Origin: Promethearchaeota archaeon
GTDB taxonomy: Archaea; Asgardarchaeota; Lokiarchaeia; Sigyniarchaeales; SOKP01
Length of the DNA stretch: 36,825 nt
Assembly (NCBI GenBank): GCA_019057795.1
Contig: JAHLWS010000047.1
Span: 1-36,825, forward strand
Direction of reading: 5' to 3'
Positions 1 to 9,479 of the stretch are shown piece by piece. Below the pieces are notes generated by a model. It saw only the letters and a list, made by a program, of their open reading frames with translations. It was not told the DNA's origin and made no database searches. Both the position numbers and the translations under genes were made by a program. The stretch's first letter is position 1, and every line of letters starts with the position of its first letter.

Positions 1-2
1 AC

Positions 3-233
3 CTTGTAGATAAAAAGAAGCCAACTACTAAAAACTTAACACCATTAAATTTGGAAGCTAAAATCTATAAAAAATTGACAGGGAAGAATCTTATATATGG
101 TGGGAGAATAACTAAGGCTTTTGAAAATTGGAAATTAAAAACAAATAAAGAATTTCAACAAAAAGTAGGGGGGAAGCCTTATTATAAAGGAGCTCTTACC
201 CAAAAGTATAAAATATATTTAAGTTCTCTTTAA
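3..233 (+). CDS. 3' part of a hypothetical protein (5'-truncated by the window edge) ending in two copies of a ~24-aa motif
   Basis: The frame is open from position 3 (LVDKKKPTTKNLTPLNLEAKIY...) to the stop at 233, so the TTG at 51 is probably internal. It contains YKKLTGKNLIYGGRITKAFENW and FQQKVGGKPYYKGALTQKYKIY. Confidence 0.7.
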   Translation, partial: LVDKKKPTTKNLTPLNLEAKIYKKLTGKNLIYGGRITKAFENWKLKTNKEFQQKVGGKPYYKGALTQKYKIYLSSL

Positions 234-501
234 AATGAATTAAAAGAAACTCGATAAAATATCAAACCTTTTATCCTTTATTTAAATTGTTTAACCACAG
301 CAAATTATTCTCTGTTTAATAATGTTGCGTCCTTAAGGAATTTTGTCGGACATCTAAATAATTATTAGTCTTAATACATATTAGATATTCTGAAGATAAT
401 ATCTACGTATTACTTATAATTAAGATTATTATTCATATCTGTTTAAATAAGATTTATATAATACAAATGGGATATATTTAATTAAAACTAAATGTGATTT
501 T

Positions 502-870
502 ATGTCATTTGGAGATAAAAATTTATCTGAATTAACCCAAAAGGTTTTTTCTGAGAAATATGAATTTATTAATGGACCGCAAAAATTTAAAGGACTATCC
601 GGTAAACACTGGACATTTAACGCGGTTATTAATAACGGAAAGCATGGTAGATATGGCGTATTTATTCGAGATTGGAAAAGAGAAATATCTATTACACAAT
701 TAAGACAACTACATAAAGCATGTGTTGATATCCCCGACATAGAAGGGGGGATTATGATTTGTAATATTGCCACAGATTTTTCGCGTGATTATAGCAAGCA
801 ATTTGGAATTCAGCTCCTATCAAGAGGGCATTTAGTCTCCAAATTGAGGAATAGAGAGTTCCAATTTTAA
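502..870 (+). CDS. Mrr-like restriction-endonuclease-fold (PD-(D/E)xK) protein, probably inactive
   Basis: The GLSGKHWTFNAV ... GVFIRDWKREISITQL ... GGIMIC ... YSKQFGIQLLS pattern matches the Mrr catalytic domain layout. The catalytic D and E/Q-x-K positions read N and F-I-R. Confidence 0.65.
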   Translation: MSFGDKNLSELTQKVFSEKYEFINGPQKFKGLSGKHWTFNAVINNGKHGRYGVFIRDWKREISITQLRQLHKACVDIPDIEGGIMICNIATDFSRDYSKQFGIQLLSRGHLVSKLRNREFQF

Positions 871-991
871 AATTTTTTGTTTTTTTATATCTATTAGGCA
901 CATTCTCAAGAAAGTAAATTTATTTAATTCTCATTTTATTTACTTAAGTGTATTATATTAATTAATTATTAAATGTACAAAGTGGAATGTT

Positions 992-2176
992 TTGCTTACA
1001 AATAGAGTAAAAAGCGTTGAATATGCGATAAGAGAAATAGCTGCTGTTGCCCATGAAGTAGCTAAAAGTGGTAAAAAAGTTTATCATTTAAATATTGGAG
1101 ATCCAGTTGCCTACGACTTTCCTACTCCAGAATTTATTTCAGAGGCTTTATTCAATGCTAGTCGCGAGGGTAAAAATAATTACGTCAATTCACTAGGTGT
1201 TATTGAGCTACGAGAAGAAATTAGTAGAATTCTTAATGAAAAACAAAACCTCAAAATTGGAATCGATGATATTCTGGTTACTTCAGGAGTTACTGAAGGA
1301 ATATATTTTATTGTAGCGGGATTAATCGAAAATGGTAAAGAATTACTTATACCAGGTCCATCGTATCCATTATATATTAATTATGCTAAATTTTTTGATG
1401 GAAAACCAGTTGAATATGCGCTTAACGAGGATGATGATTGGGAGCCTGATATTGAAGATTTGAGGAAAAAAATTACTAATAAAACTCAAGCAATATTAAT
1501 ATGCTCTCCAAATAATCCAACTGGGGCCATGTACGGAGAGAAAAAGATTAAGGAAATAATAAATTTAGCTGGAGAATATAATTTACCTATTTTATCTGAT
1601 GAGATTTACGATCAAATTACATATGATAAACCGTATGTCTGTCCCGCCTCCTTAACAAAAGATGTCCCCTTTATTGGCTTAAACGGTTTTTCAAAAACGC
1701 ATTTAGTAACTGGGTGGAGGCTCGGATATCTTTATTACCACGATCCTGAAAACAAACTCGACGAATTAAAGAATGGCATAAAAAAAATGGCGAGGGCGCG
1801 CTTATCTGCTAATTCTGTTGCTCAGTTCGCGGCAATAAAGATTTTAAGAACATCAAGCAATCACACCATAGAAATGGTACAAAAATTAAAAGAACGACGG
1901 GATTACTCGTACAATAGATTGCGAAAAATTGAGGGAATTAGTTGCGTTAAACCTAATGGTGCGTTTTACCTCTTCCCAAAATTAGATCTTAAAGAATTAG
2001 GAAAATGGAAAGACGATAAGGAGTTAGTAGTAGGTTTGCTTAAAGAGACGGGGGTCTGTACCGTTTATGGCTCTGGTTTTGGAGATTATGGAAAAGGACA
2101 TATGCGAATAACTTTTTTACCAAAAGTAGAAATCCTTGAAAAAGTATATAACCTAATTGAAGAATACTTAAAGTAA
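992..2176 (+). CDS. PLP-dependent class I/II aminotransferase (AlaA-like alanine/aspartate aminotransferase)
   Basis: Motifs YAIRE, LNIGDP, SPNNPTG, SDEIYD, the PLP-lysine motif NGFSKTHLVTGWRLG and P-x-GAFYLF. TTG start. Confidence 0.92.
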   Translation: MLTNRVKSVEYAIREIAAVAHEVAKSGKKVYHLNIGDPVAYDFPTPEFISEALFNASREGKNNYVNSLGVIELREEISRILNEKQNLKIGIDDILVTSGVTEGIYFIVAGLIENGKELLIPGPSYPLYINYAKFFDGKPVEYALNEDDDWEPDIEDLRKKITNKTQAILICSPNNPTGAMYGEKKIKEIINLAGEYNLPILSDEIYDQITYDKPYVCPASLTKDVPFIGLNGFSKTHLVTGWRLGYLYYHDPENKLDELKNGIKKMARARLSANSVAQFAAIKILRTSSNHTIEMVQKLKERRDYSYNRLRKIEGISCVKPNGAFYLFPKLDLKELGKWKDDKELVVGLLKETGVCTVYGSGFGDYGKGHMRITFLPKVEILEKVYNLIEEYLK

Positions 2177-2414
2177 AGATTAAATCTAACAAAATTTTTG
2201 GTTTTTCACTAACTTTTATTAATTTCATATTAGCCACTTAACATCTGTTCTAAAAACTATTAAATTTTAAAAGTCCTTGAAGTTTAAAAATGGTGAAGGC
2301 TAATAATTTTAAAAGAACAAATAATCTCTTAGCCAAGGAATAATACAATTTTTTATTTATATTGATAAAATAATTAATATATTAATTAAAAATGAAATGT
2401 AATGGTTTTATGCT

Positions 2415-4163
2415 ATGATTATTAAAATCAATTCGTTAGAGAGTACAATTGAAATTTTTTATGAAAATTACATACATCTTCACGGCTTTTTAAAATTAAA
2501 AGCAAAAGATGAAAAAAATAACAAAGAGTATGTTATTATCGTTCAGATCCTTAATGAACAAACAATTATGGATTACGTATTAACGCGTCAAAAATTAAGA
2601 AATGTAAAAATGACAGATTATATTAAATCAGAATTAGAAATGGAATTGCAATATGTCATTCAAGGTCGTCCTATTATTTTAATAGAGAAAGATAAAAAAT
2701 CTAAAAAAGAGATTCCCCATACCATAAATGTCTTTTTTGAAATTGAAGATTTAATGGAAAGTAAAGTACTGACACCTCATTCCATGGAAATTCCAGAAGA
2801 TCAGAGTGATGTTCACGAATACTTAAAACATATTTTCCCACCCGACGGAATTTTTATGGGATATTTAGCATCTGAAAAAAAAGTGGCGGTATATTTTCCT
2901 TTTAAGTATTTAATGTATCATTTTTTTATAGCAGGTGCTACGGGAATGGGAAAATCAAACTTAAACCAGGTGTTTATCGATGGATTACTCCAACATAATG
3001 CTCAAATAATACTTGGTGGCAAAGGAAATAAAATATCAATGCTATCAATAGATATGCACGACGAATATGCTTTAGGCTGTATTAAATATGGCGTAAACGA
3101 TATTTGCAAAGCCGTAAATTACAATAAAGAGTTGATAGGGTCGTGGTTTTACCTCTATCCAAATAAAGGCATACCGCCAACAGAATTAAGAAGCGTTGCA
3201 GAGCCTTGTCTGATAAATTACCAAGAAATAAAGCCCGAAGATCTTTTTGCAACGGGTACATTCAATGATTTACAAGTAGGAGCTATTTTTTCAGCCTATA
3301 GGAGCGATCAGGAAGATTATATTGAAAATCTATTGACAGACGGATATCGCCCTCCTGGCGGCCACGATGATAAAACAATGGCTGCAATAAGGAGAAGAAT
3401 GCATTGGTTAGAATATTCGGAGATGTTTCAATCTAATGCTGCAAGCAAATTACCAGAAATCGTAAAAAAATTGGAAACAGGAGGATTAATTATTTTTAAC
3501 GCGTCGATGATTTCAGATTTAGAACAATTTCTTTTTAACAGCGTTTTGGCTAGAACATTGTTTGATTTGCGCAAATCGCTCAAATCTTCATCAGATTTAG
3601 CTACGCTAGAAAAAAAATTAGACCAAACATTACCTAAGAATTTTTATCAAAATTATAAAAACAATCTAAAGGACTTATACATCAAAACTGGAACAATGGT
3701 TAAAGATCCATCAGAAATGCCAATTATAATCTTTACAATTGAGGAAGCTCCTAGCATATTGCGCCCGGAAATGATGAGATATAATAATGTATTTAAAGAT
3801 ATTTCACGTCAAGGAAGAAAGTTCAATTTGGGATTAGAAGTAATATCTCAACAGTATTCCCCCATAGATGATACTATTTTATCAAATATGAACACAGTAA
3901 TTAACTTACCTTTAAGGTCTGAAAAAGAAAAAGCAGTAGCTGCTAAGACCTTAGGAGGGGGAATTCAACATAGCGATTTGGAATCATTAACTGGAACGAG
4001 AGGTATCGCGCTAATATCTGGAATTTGGCTAACTAACTTTCAAAAATTAAAAATACCGTTATACGATGAATACTTTGAGAGTCATTCAAAAAAGTTTTAC
4101 GAAGATTTCTCGAAAAAAATAGCGTCTTTAGGGATATCTCCTCCCCCCACTGCGCTTCCATAA
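2415..4163 (+). CDS. herA: HerA DNA translocase/helicase (FtsK-HerA ATPase)
   Basis: Walker A GATGMGKS, IDMHDEY, Walker B TIEEAP and Arg finger SRQGRKFNLGLEVISQ. It is the first gene of the nurA/mre11/rad50 cluster. Confidence 0.9.
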   Translation: MIIKINSLESTIEIFYENYIHLHGFLKLKAKDEKNNKEYVIIVQILNEQTIMDYVLTRQKLRNVKMTDYIKSELEMELQYVIQGRPIILIEKDKKSKKEIPHTINVFFEIEDLMESKVLTPHSMEIPEDQSDVHEYLKHIFPPDGIFMGYLASEKKVAVYFPFKYLMYHFFIAGATGMGKSNLNQVFIDGLLQHNAQIILGGKGNKISMLSIDMHDEYALGCIKYGVNDICKAVNYNKELIGSWFYLYPNKGIPPTELRSVAEPCLINYQEIKPEDLFATGTFNDLQVGAIFSAYRSDQEDYIENLLTDGYRPPGGHDDKTMAAIRRRMHWLEYSEMFQSNAASKLPEIVKKLETGGLIIFNASMISDLEQFLFNSVLARTLFDLRKSLKSSSDLATLEKKLDQTLPKNFYQNYKNNLKDLYIKTGTMVKDPSEMPIIIFTIEEAPSILRPEMMRYNNVFKDISRQGRKFNLGLEVISQQYSPIDDTILSNMNTVINLPLRSEKEKAVAAKTLGGGIQHSDLESLTGTRGIALISGIWLTNFQKLKIPLYDEYFESHSKKFYEDFSKKIASLGISPPPTALP

Positions 4164-4194
4164 TAATAAAATTAAAATTTTTAGGTGGATAATA

Positions 4195-5391
4195 ATTTCT
4201 TTTAATTTCGAATTAATCTCGTTAGAAAAATCTTTTGAAAAAAGACCAGAAATATCTATTGATGAAGATGTTAAAAAATTTAAAGAATTCATTCAAGCAA
4301 GAAGAGCTAAATGGACTGAAGAAGAAAAGATCGAACTTGAAACAGACAAATTTGATAATGACGAGAGTTTAAGAAACACAAATTCATTATTTAGTGAGAT
4401 GAATCATCGACCAATAAAGGGCGAATTGTTCGATTATATAAATAACGATTATAAAATAATTGGTTTTGATGAGAGTTCAAATACACTCAGTGGAACTTAT
4501 GCTAAATTAGCTTCTTTTAAATTTGGAGAATGTCAAGTAACTTTTAAAGATGGAAAATATCACAAAGAAAAGATTATGTATAAACCTATTACGACCTACA
4601 TAGAAGATAACGAACATAAGCTTGTTATATATAAGACTGTAATTGAAAATTTCGTAAAAACAATTAAACGAGATTTTTATAAAAGTAATTTGAAAGATAA
4701 AGTTGATAAATTAGAAGAATGGTACGAGTCCACATATAAAAAAAAGATTGAAGAGCATATCAGTGCACACGCTTATTATTACCCAACAATGGGACATGTA
4801 GTAGATAGAATAAGAACTGCTGATGAAATCCTTAAATCTTTAGTTAGAATTAAAGAAGAAAGTAATTGGGGGAAAAATAAAAATGTTGTATTTCTTGGAG
4901 ATGGCATTCAAATGTTTCGCCAACATATTTTTCCTCCTGTCGCATTCACGGAATTCTTTTATAGGTTCATTCAATTGTATGATATAAAATATTATAGTTT
5001 TTCGAAGACGTGTCGCTTAAGAGATGCTCAAGGAAATTTTTTATTGCCAATATGGTCAGAGATATATGAGGATAACTTCTTAGTTGAATTACCAGATCTT
5101 TCTAAATATACTAAAAGTAAAGCATATCTTACGAGGTTACAAAAAGATAGCTCCGCTCTTAGATTTGATATCTGCGATGATTTAGATACAAAAGACGCAG
5201 TGAATATTCTTAAGAATTTGATTCCATATTCTCCACAAGGTTATCCCCTTAGTTTGGTGGGAGCACACGAAGCAAGCACTTTATTAGTATCGGAATATAA
5301 TAAGTTTGATGCGGCATTTCAGGAACTTCAATACGATAAAAAAACAAAAAAATACGCACAAAAATGGAGACAAAAAGTATTAGGAAAATAA
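4195..5391 (+). CDS. nurA: NurA 5'-3' nuclease (probably starts at ATA/ATT near 4192-4195, not at ATG 4399)
   Basis: Motifs IIGFDESS, VFLGDG and GYPLSLVGAHEAS. The frame stays open with coding-like sequence (SFNFELISLEKSFEKRPEISIDEDVKKF...) back to an SD-like AGGTGG at 4183-4188. Confidence 0.82.
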   Translation: MSFNFELISLEKSFEKRPEISIDEDVKKFKEFIQARRAKWTEEEKIELETDKFDNDESLRNTNSLFSEMNHRPIKGELFDYINNDYKIIGFDESSNTLSGTYAKLASFKFGECQVTFKDGKYHKEKIMYKPITTYIEDNEHKLVIYKTVIENFVKTIKRDFYKSNLKDKVDKLEEWYESTYKKKIEEHISAHAYYYPTMGHVVDRIRTADEILKSLVRIKEESNWGKNKNVVFLGDGIQMFRQHIFPPVAFTEFFYRFIQLYDIKYYSFSKTCRLRDAQGNFLLPIWSEIYEDNFLVELPDLSKYTKSKAYLTRLQKDSSALRFDICDDLDTKDAVNILKNLIPYSPQGYPLSLVGAHEASTLLVSEYNKFDAAFQELQYDKKTKKYAQKWRQKVLGK

Positions 5392-5430
5392 ATGTTTTTA
5401 ATTTAAATGATTTTAGGATAAGGGATTTAA

Positions 5431-6735
5431 ATGATTAAAATTGTACACATATCTGATTCTCATCTAGGTTATAGAACAAGAAGAGGTACAACAAATAAAT
5501 GGGCAGTCCAAAATTATTCTAAACCTTACGAGCAAGAAATCTATGATTTATTTCTAAAGGTTATGGAAGATATTTCTAAGATTAAAGATTTGGACTTTTT
5601 AATACATTGCGGTGACATGTTCCACAATCCTTCTTTACATAGTTCATATCCTCCACCAGAGCCTGCAAGAAGATTTTTAAAAGAGGGTTTAGACATTTTT
5701 TTTAAAAACACAAAAAATCAAACACATTTCATTTATATTGAGGGGAACCATGGTGTCTTTAGAGGATATGAGTATACGCCATTTGAATCCCACATACAAA
5801 AAGATGAATACCCAAATCTTCATTATTTTAAAGGACGAGATTTGACTAATGCCATCAATAATAACCAACCCTTAAATTTAGAATTTCCCTCAAAGAAAGT
5901 GAGATTTTACTTGTTCCCTTTTTTTGAATTTAAAAACTTTGAGATATATGAAGCAGCATACGATAAATGGGTAGAACTACAGCGGCCAAATAAAAATGAC
6001 GATTTTATCAATATTGCGGTTGCGCACGGTTCAATTGCCGACGGCACTTTACATAGAAAAGTCAATTCTGATGATTTTGGTTATGATTATGTAGCTCTGG
6101 GGCATGAACACGGATTGAAAAAGGTTTCCAAGAATCACTATTATTCAGGAAGCTTGCTCCCAATGAATTTTAAAGAAGCTTACGAAAAACAAGGGTATCT
6201 AAAGGTAGAAATAGATAATAAAATCTTAAATATTGAAGAAATTTATACAAATGAGTTACTCAAAAGAACTTTTGAAATTATCCCCATTGATGCTAGCCCT
6301 CAACACACTTCCGCAGATTTAGAAGCTCTTATCAGAAATGAATTGAAACCGTTTATCTCTGACGAAGGCTTTGACCCCAAAACTGCTGCTAGACTTAAAT
6401 TCAACTTTAAAGGGGAAATAACTTTTAAAAAAAATTGGCAAATTAACGATTTAATGGCGAAAATCCGGAGCGATTCTTTTTCTCAATCTGATAAGTTTAA
6501 TATTCTTCAAATAATCTGGAAGATTTTCGATAGATCTGAGGATGCTGAGAACGACATTAGCACTGGTTTAATTCAAGATTATATATTAGAACACCCTGAC
6601 GAAGAGTTTAAGTCTTTTGTTAAAGAAAAATTAACTGAGGAAAAATCCCAGTTTGATGTAGACAAACTAACTCAATTCGGTATGAATGCTTTAAAAAACG
6701 CGTTAAAATTCATGGAAAGAGAAAAAGAGGTGTAA
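5431..6735 (+). CDS. mre11: Mre11 metallophosphoesterase nuclease
   Basis: Five phosphoesterase motifs: HISDSHLG, GDMFH, EGNHG, AHG and LGHEH. Also YSGS. Directly upstream of rad50. Confidence 0.93.
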   Translation: MIKIVHISDSHLGYRTRRGTTNKWAVQNYSKPYEQEIYDLFLKVMEDISKIKDLDFLIHCGDMFHNPSLHSSYPPPEPARRFLKEGLDIFFKNTKNQTHFIYIEGNHGVFRGYEYTPFESHIQKDEYPNLHYFKGRDLTNAINNNQPLNLEFPSKKVRFYLFPFFEFKNFEIYEAAYDKWVELQRPNKNDDFINIAVAHGSIADGTLHRKVNSDDFGYDYVALGHEHGLKKVSKNHYYSGSLLPMNFKEAYEKQGYLKVEIDNKILNIEEIYTNELLKRTFEIIPIDASPQHTSADLEALIRNELKPFISDEGFDPKTAARLKFNFKGEITFKKNWQINDLMAKIRSDSFSQSDKFNILQIIWKIFDRSEDAENDISTGLIQDYILEHPDEEFKSFVKEKLTEEKSQFDVDKLTQFGMNALKNALKFMEREKEV

Positions 6736-6738
6736 AAG

Positions 6739-8832
6739 ATGTACATTACAAAGCTTACATTTAAGAATTTCATGGGATATAAACAATTGAGTCTTCCTAA
6801 AGGCACTAAAGAATTTCCTAAGGGGCTAATACTCGTTTGTGGTAAAAATTCCTACGGTAAATCGACCATTTTCGAAGGAATTGTGTTTGCCTTCTTTGGA
6901 CCTAAAATATTTAAAGGTCGAAATGCCGCTTCCTTTATTACTTATGGGGAATCTAAAGCGGAACTTACAATATTTTTTACTTTAGACAACAAAAAATATA
7001 ATATTTTTCGTAGATGGGGCAGAACCGGAGCAACAACTACAAAATTGTTTGAATGGGACAAAACTACCTACCGCGAAATAAAAAATTTTAACATTGAAAA
7101 GTTTTTTGAAATTTCTTCAGAGCAAGCGTTAAGTACAGTATTTGTAAGGCAAGGAGAAGTGGAAGAATTGGCAAATAAAAAAGGTGCCGATTTAAGGGAA
7201 ATGATAATTGACCTTTTTAGGTTGGATATCATAGATGATGCTCTAAATTTCCTGGATGTCGAATCTAAAAAGAGAAAGTTCAGTAAGGAAAATTTAGAAA
7301 GGAACAAAGTTCCAATTGAGCGAATTGAAGAAGATATTAATCGTATTACTCTTGAAAATGCGAACTTTGAAAAGATTGTTAAGGAAAAAAAGAAAAAAGA
7401 AGAAGAATATGGAAAAAAAATTAAAAACTATCCCTCAGATGAATTAATAACAAATTTGGAAAAGCTGTACAGTCAAAAAAATATTGTTAACGATAAGTTT
7501 CTTTCGAATAAAAAGGATTTCGAAGAAAAGATAAAAAGTACAGAATTAAAAATTGATGATTTTAAACATGTAAAAAAAATAGTAGATAAAATTGAGGATA
7601 CTCTAAAAGAAAAGAAAAAATTAACCCAAATAAAAGAACTTATAGAAAAAAGAAGAGAAGCTACTATTAGGGGTCTAGGAAAAACAAAAGGAAAAATTGA
7701 AGATAGTAAAAGGAAAATAAAAAAAATGGAAGATAGCTTAAAATTTACAACAAGAGAAGGGGGATTAGAAAGCGCTCAATGCCCCACTTGCCAAAATGAA
7801 TTAACAAAAGAGCATTTTGACGAGATGATACTGGAGTTTAATACGGATCTAAAGATAAATAATGAAAAAGTTAAATCTATTACAAAAATAATAGATAATT
7901 TTGATGTGAAAATTAATTCGTGTCAAAACAAATTAGAAAAAATTAATGAAAGTGTTATAAGAATACAAGGTTTAAAGGACGACTTTGAAAATTACCAGAA
8001 ATACGAAGCAGAATTAAGGAAAGTTCAAGAAGAATTAGATGGTTTCCTTACGAAATATCAGTCAAAATTCGCTGATACTAAACCAGAAAAAATTAAATTA
8101 CTCTCTATCGAAAAAGAAAAGCTTTACATCGAATCAAAAGCAATTACACTGGAAATTAAAGAAAAACAGAATAATATTAAGAATAACATCGATAGAATTG
8201 TAGATTTACGCAATGAGATTAAGCATATGAAGAAACTGGAAAAAGAAATTGGAGAATTTGAAATTGATATTGATCACATTAGTAAAGCAAAAGAATTCGT
8301 AAGGAGGTTTGTCACCGAATATATGGTTGTAAAACGATTAGTAAAAAATATCGCATCAACAACTAATAAATATATTAAAGATTTTACTTCAGGTCAATAT
8401 AGCGATCTAACTATTGACTTGTTCGGTACAAAAAAGACGGGATTATCGCTAAAAATCATGGATAATTTCAATGGCGTTCCTGAATCAATAGAAGTCCTCT
8501 CTGGAGGTGATAAAACCGCTTTGGGAATGGCCTTACGATTAGCAATATCAGAATTAATGAGTAAAATTCGGCCTACGAAGGAATCACCAAAAAAAAACCC
8601 TAAGATTGACATTTTACTTTTGGACGAACCTTTAGCTGCGCTCGACGAAACCAGAAGAGAGCGAATTCTTAAACACCTCGTAAAATCAAAAACATTTTCA
8701 CAAATTTTCCTTATTACACATACAGCTATCCCATCAGATTTCAATACACATAAAATTATAGTTAATAAAGATCATTCTACGGGCATAAGCACTGCAAGAT
8801 TCGAGGGAGAGACTTCCCAAATTCTTTATTAA
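6739..8832 (+). CDS. rad50: Rad50 SMC-like ATPase
   Basis: Walker A GKNSYGKST, Q-loop VRQGE, coiled coil with central Zn-hook CPTC, signature LSGG, Walker B/D-loop LLLDEPLAALD and H-loop ITH. SD GAGGTG overlaps the end of mre11. Confidence 0.94.
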   Translation: MYITKLTFKNFMGYKQLSLPKGTKEFPKGLILVCGKNSYGKSTIFEGIVFAFFGPKIFKGRNAASFITYGESKAELTIFFTLDNKKYNIFRRWGRTGATTTKLFEWDKTTYREIKNFNIEKFFEISSEQALSTVFVRQGEVEELANKKGADLREMIIDLFRLDIIDDALNFLDVESKKRKFSKENLERNKVPIERIEEDINRITLENANFEKIVKEKKKKEEEYGKKIKNYPSDELITNLEKLYSQKNIVNDKFLSNKKDFEEKIKSTELKIDDFKHVKKIVDKIEDTLKEKKKLTQIKELIEKRREATIRGLGKTKGKIEDSKRKIKKMEDSLKFTTREGGLESAQCPTCQNELTKEHFDEMILEFNTDLKINNEKVKSITKIIDNFDVKINSCQNKLEKINESVIRIQGLKDDFENYQKYEAELRKVQEELDGFLTKYQSKFADTKPEKIKLLSIEKEKLYIESKAITLEIKEKQNNIKNNIDRIVDLRNEIKHMKKLEKEIGEFEIDIDHISKAKEFVRRFVTEYMVVKRLVKNIASTTNKYIKDFTSGQYSDLTIDLFGTKKTGLSLKIMDNFNGVPESIEVLSGGDKTALGMALRLAISELMSKIRPTKESPKKNPKIDILLLDEPLAALDETRRERILKHLVKSKTFSQIFLITHTAIPSDFNTHKIIVNKDHSTGISTARFEGETSQILY

Positions 8833-8957
8833 TCTCTAATTCCGATTATAATGGAAAATCGTCTGATATTTGTTAAAATTCTAATTTTTTAAATATATTA
8901 ACATAAACATCAATGAATAATAAAAAAAAGAAAAGTGGAAATTTAATATAAATTTGT

Positions 8958-9146
8958 TTATAAATCTCGTGCTTTAACGGTTTTTCTTCCATTTGCTTTA
9001 GCGCGCCGAATGGCATTGTCAAGTATCTTGATTATTATGCCATTAAATGTATCTCCATCAAGCACACCTGAGCTTGTGTTACATTCGTTTGCTTTTATAT
9101 ACTCTCGAACTTTTGATTTTACATATAGGGGTTCTACCTTAGCCAT
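8958..9146 (-). CDS. Small histone-fold protein (non-HMf type, with truncated alpha3)
   Basis: 62-aa basic protein with N-terminal LYVKSKVREYIK and the C-terminal histone signature AIRRAKANGRKTVKARDL. SD-like GAGG upstream. Confidence 0.85.
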   Translation of the reverse strand: MAKVEPLYVKSKVREYIKANECNTSSGVLDGDTFNGIIIKILDNAIRRAKANGRKTVKARDL

Positions 9147-9479
9147 TTTTTTTCTTCCTCTTCTTATAATTCTTATAAAGTATTAAAAAATCAGATTATA
9201 ATTGATTTTTTATTAATATTAATTTTACCATCTGAGTTTTTAAATGTTTTGGCATATCTTAATAATCTTCCAAATAATTTTCCAAATACTATATTATTTG
9301 AAGCACTATGGAACTTAAGAAATTAAACATAAATGTGCTATTTAATTGAGGCAGAATAAAAAAAATGAAATCCTATTAACAATTCATAACATTACTATAG
9401 AACTAAGAGGGGTAAATTAAGAAAAAAAAGAGTGGTTTTATGTTATTTTGTTTTAGCGAAGAGAAATTTAGTTTTTTCT

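Noticed and set aside
429-773. Minus-strand 114-aa ORF, and similar shadow ORFs at 2040-2237, 7068-7307, 8394-8744, 9508-9881, 12376-12813, 17845-18256, 20352-20537, 20985-21215, 22418-22648, 23124-23327, 24655-24918, 32962-33189 and 33759-33968
   Set aside because: They lie antisense to well-supported genes and show no motifs.
2415-5391. HerA plus nuclease as an anti-phage defence system
   Set aside because: The partners are NurA, Mre11 and Rad50, i.e. the housekeeping resection operon.
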